Source: Limnothrix sp. BL-A-16
GTDB taxonomy: Bacteria > Cyanobacteriota > Cyanobacteriia > CACIAM-69d
Direction: 5' to 3'
Assembly: GCA_041937175.2 (NCBI GenBank)
Contig: CP166615.1
Span: 1,952,001 to 2,016,000 of the forward strand
Length of the DNA: 64,000 bases
The position numbers were made by a program, and so were the translations under genes. This document shows, piece after piece, positions 63,101-64,000 of the stretch (the first letter of the stretch is position 1; each line of letters begins with the position of its first letter). The notes beneath the pieces were generated by a model. That model searched no databases. It saw only the letters and a program-made list of their open reading frames with translations, and was not told the DNA's origin.

Positions 63101-64000
63101 GGCCCGCTGTTGTTGCTCATGGGTAGTAGTCAGCCAATCTCGAACAATCACATGGGCTTCCACACCATTAATAAAAATGGGCAGAGGCAGCAAACCCGCC
63201 GCTTCAAAATGGCGAATCAGTTGAGGAATATAAGCCTGTTGCGTCACCACATGTTTTCGGTAAAGCAAAATGGCCACTACCGGACGATCGGGATCAATCT
63301 TTGGGGCTTTGATTGTCGATCGCTCTGGATCGTTAATCAGAGGATCCAGTAACTGCGGTAAACGCTGCTGACGATACCAGTTCAAATAATCTTGGGGATT
63401 CAAAAAATAGCCCGCATATTCAGGGTGCAATAATCCCATGTTGGGCGTTTCAATGGGTGGGGCAATTTCCCCGATCGAGAGACCCAAATATTTTTCAGCC
63501 AAAATCCAGAGCATGGCGGCCACATTTTCCAAGCCACCGGCATTCCAATAGCCATAGATAATGAGCCAATTGCGCAGGTCTTGTACCTTTTGAATGGGCA
63601 CAAATTTCAGCAGTTTAGGCCCAGTTTTTAAAAAGCTGAGATAACCAGCCAATCGATCTTCTTCGCGGCCACTGGAGAATTTACTGAGAATAAACTTCAC
63701 GGGTTTTGGCATTCCCGAGGGCTTGTCACCAATTTTGAAAGCCCCAATTTGAGTGAGGGAAATTAATTCCAAAGCCGACTCAAAAACCAAGCGAATCGGT
63801 ATTTGTTGCACTCGATCGCGCAACCAAAGCACCTGCTCATAATCAAAAATTAGGCTGGCAAAAAACACATCGGCTTCTGCTAAAGCTGCGGCCACCCGAT
63901 CGGGCTGTTCCGTAATATCACGATCGGTAAAGGTGGTCACTTGCAATTGTGGACAACGCTCGATCGCCCGGTGGGCAGCTTTTCGGTACAAATCGGCGTT
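60170..64000 (-). CDS. bchH: Magnesium chelatase H subunit (BchH-type CobN/ChlH family), 5' end outside the window
   Basis: 'GFPLVGGPAG', 'PELDGA', 'HFGMHGTVEWLPG', 'NNPSES..AKRR', 'LPTGRNIH' and 'RTKLLNPKW'. The frame stays open to the window edge. Confidence 0.92.
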   Translation of the reverse strand, partial: NADLYRKAAHRAIERCPQLQVTTFTDRDITEQPDRVAAALAEADVFFASLIFDYEQVLWLRDRVQQIPIRLVFESALELISLTQIGAFKIGDKPSGMPKPVKFILSKFSSGREEDRLAGYLSFLKTGPKLLKFVPIQKVQDLRNWLIIYGYWNAGGLENVAAMLWILAEKYLGLSIGEIAPPIETPNMGLLHPEYAGYFLNPQDYLNWYRQQRLPQLLDPLINDPERSTIKAPKIDPDRPVVAILLYRKHVVTQQAYIPQLIRHFEAAGLLPLPIFINGVEAHVIVRDWLTTTHEQQQRAQGDRELKSLAADAVLVDAIVSTIGFPLVGGPAGSMEAGRQVAVAQRILAAKNVPYLVAAPLLIQDLKSWTRQGIGGLQSVVLYALPELDGAIDTVPLGGLVGDDIYLIPERVQRLTSRIKNWIQLRKTPPRDRKLAIILYGFPPGYGATGTAALLNVPRSLLKLLESLQAQGYDVGELPTDGETIIQQVKAADDRWSLGHPHRAQPSQAPLNDGWVPAQILDQWLGYLGSSRIQKQWGGLTESGIKTFGDELHIGGVYFGNVWIGVQPPLGLQGDPMRLMFERDLTPHPQYAAFYQWLQRVWQPHAIVHFGMHGTVEWLPGSPLGNTGYSWSDILLGNLPHLYIYAANNPSESILAKRRGYGVLVSHNVPPYGRAGLYKELVNLRDLIAEYREDPQANTALRDAIAQRLMDTGLDRDCPLPEAQQLGVELSAETLKLFGPDLLDRYFARVYQYLQELEQRLFSSGLHVLGTAPNPEQLLSYLEAYFEADLPRSVLEAIAQGSDLDRPLNAYRYWFQQEYPNRSFELDPKVSEQIQEAIRLRDLLNQNTDELTNLLRGLNGEYIPPAPGGDLLRDGPGALPTGRNIHALDPYRMPSPGAYERGRAIARQLIAQHQQEHGQEPDSYPETIAVMLWGLDAIKTKGESLGILLELVGAEPIKEGTGRIVRYELIPLAQLGRPRIDVLANLSGIFRDSFANILELLDDLFARAAAADEPIEQNFIRKHALELQAQGVENPSARLFSNPAGDFGSLVNDRVNDGNWESGDELAQTWRSRNAFSYGRRDRGQARPEVLDRLLATTERIVQEIDSVEYGLTDIQEYYANTGALKRAAEQRQQRPVTASFVESFGKNTQPRDLNSLLRLEYRTKLLNPKWAEAMAAQGSGGAFEISQRMTALLGWSGTTDFADRWVYDGAAETYALDRAMADRLRRANPEAFRNIIGRLLEANGRGFWAADESVVSQLQALYDETDATLEGVTNP

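Overview
Chromosomal segment of a GC-rich cyanobacterium with very dense HIP1 (GCGATCGC) sites, probably a filamentous Limnothrix-like strain (inferred from sequence style only). It is mostly housekeeping genes: minCDE, surE, ylqF/rbgA, pxcA, leuD, dnaA, hflX, dapF-hfq, htpX, topA, cysH, a bchH-type Mg-chelatase H subunit truncated at the window end, and tRNA-Val(CAC). Accessory or unusual parts: (1) a class I (archaeal-type) lysyl-tRNA synthetase; (2) an intact 903-bp IS5-family element splitting an SDR gene; (3) AT-richer TetR-MATE and TrkA-Na+/H+ antiporter cassettes; (4) a frameshifted SF1-helicase-like gene; (5) a probable ATC start codon for hflX; (6) a family of small TA-flanked MITE-like elements that carry a CAAGGGGCTTAAGCCCCTTG palindrome, appear to nest into the centre of their own palindrome (68-bp tandem units), and abut the stop codons of three genes. 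No CRISPR array, prophage or rRNA was seen. All calls come from reading motifs by eye; no database searches were run.
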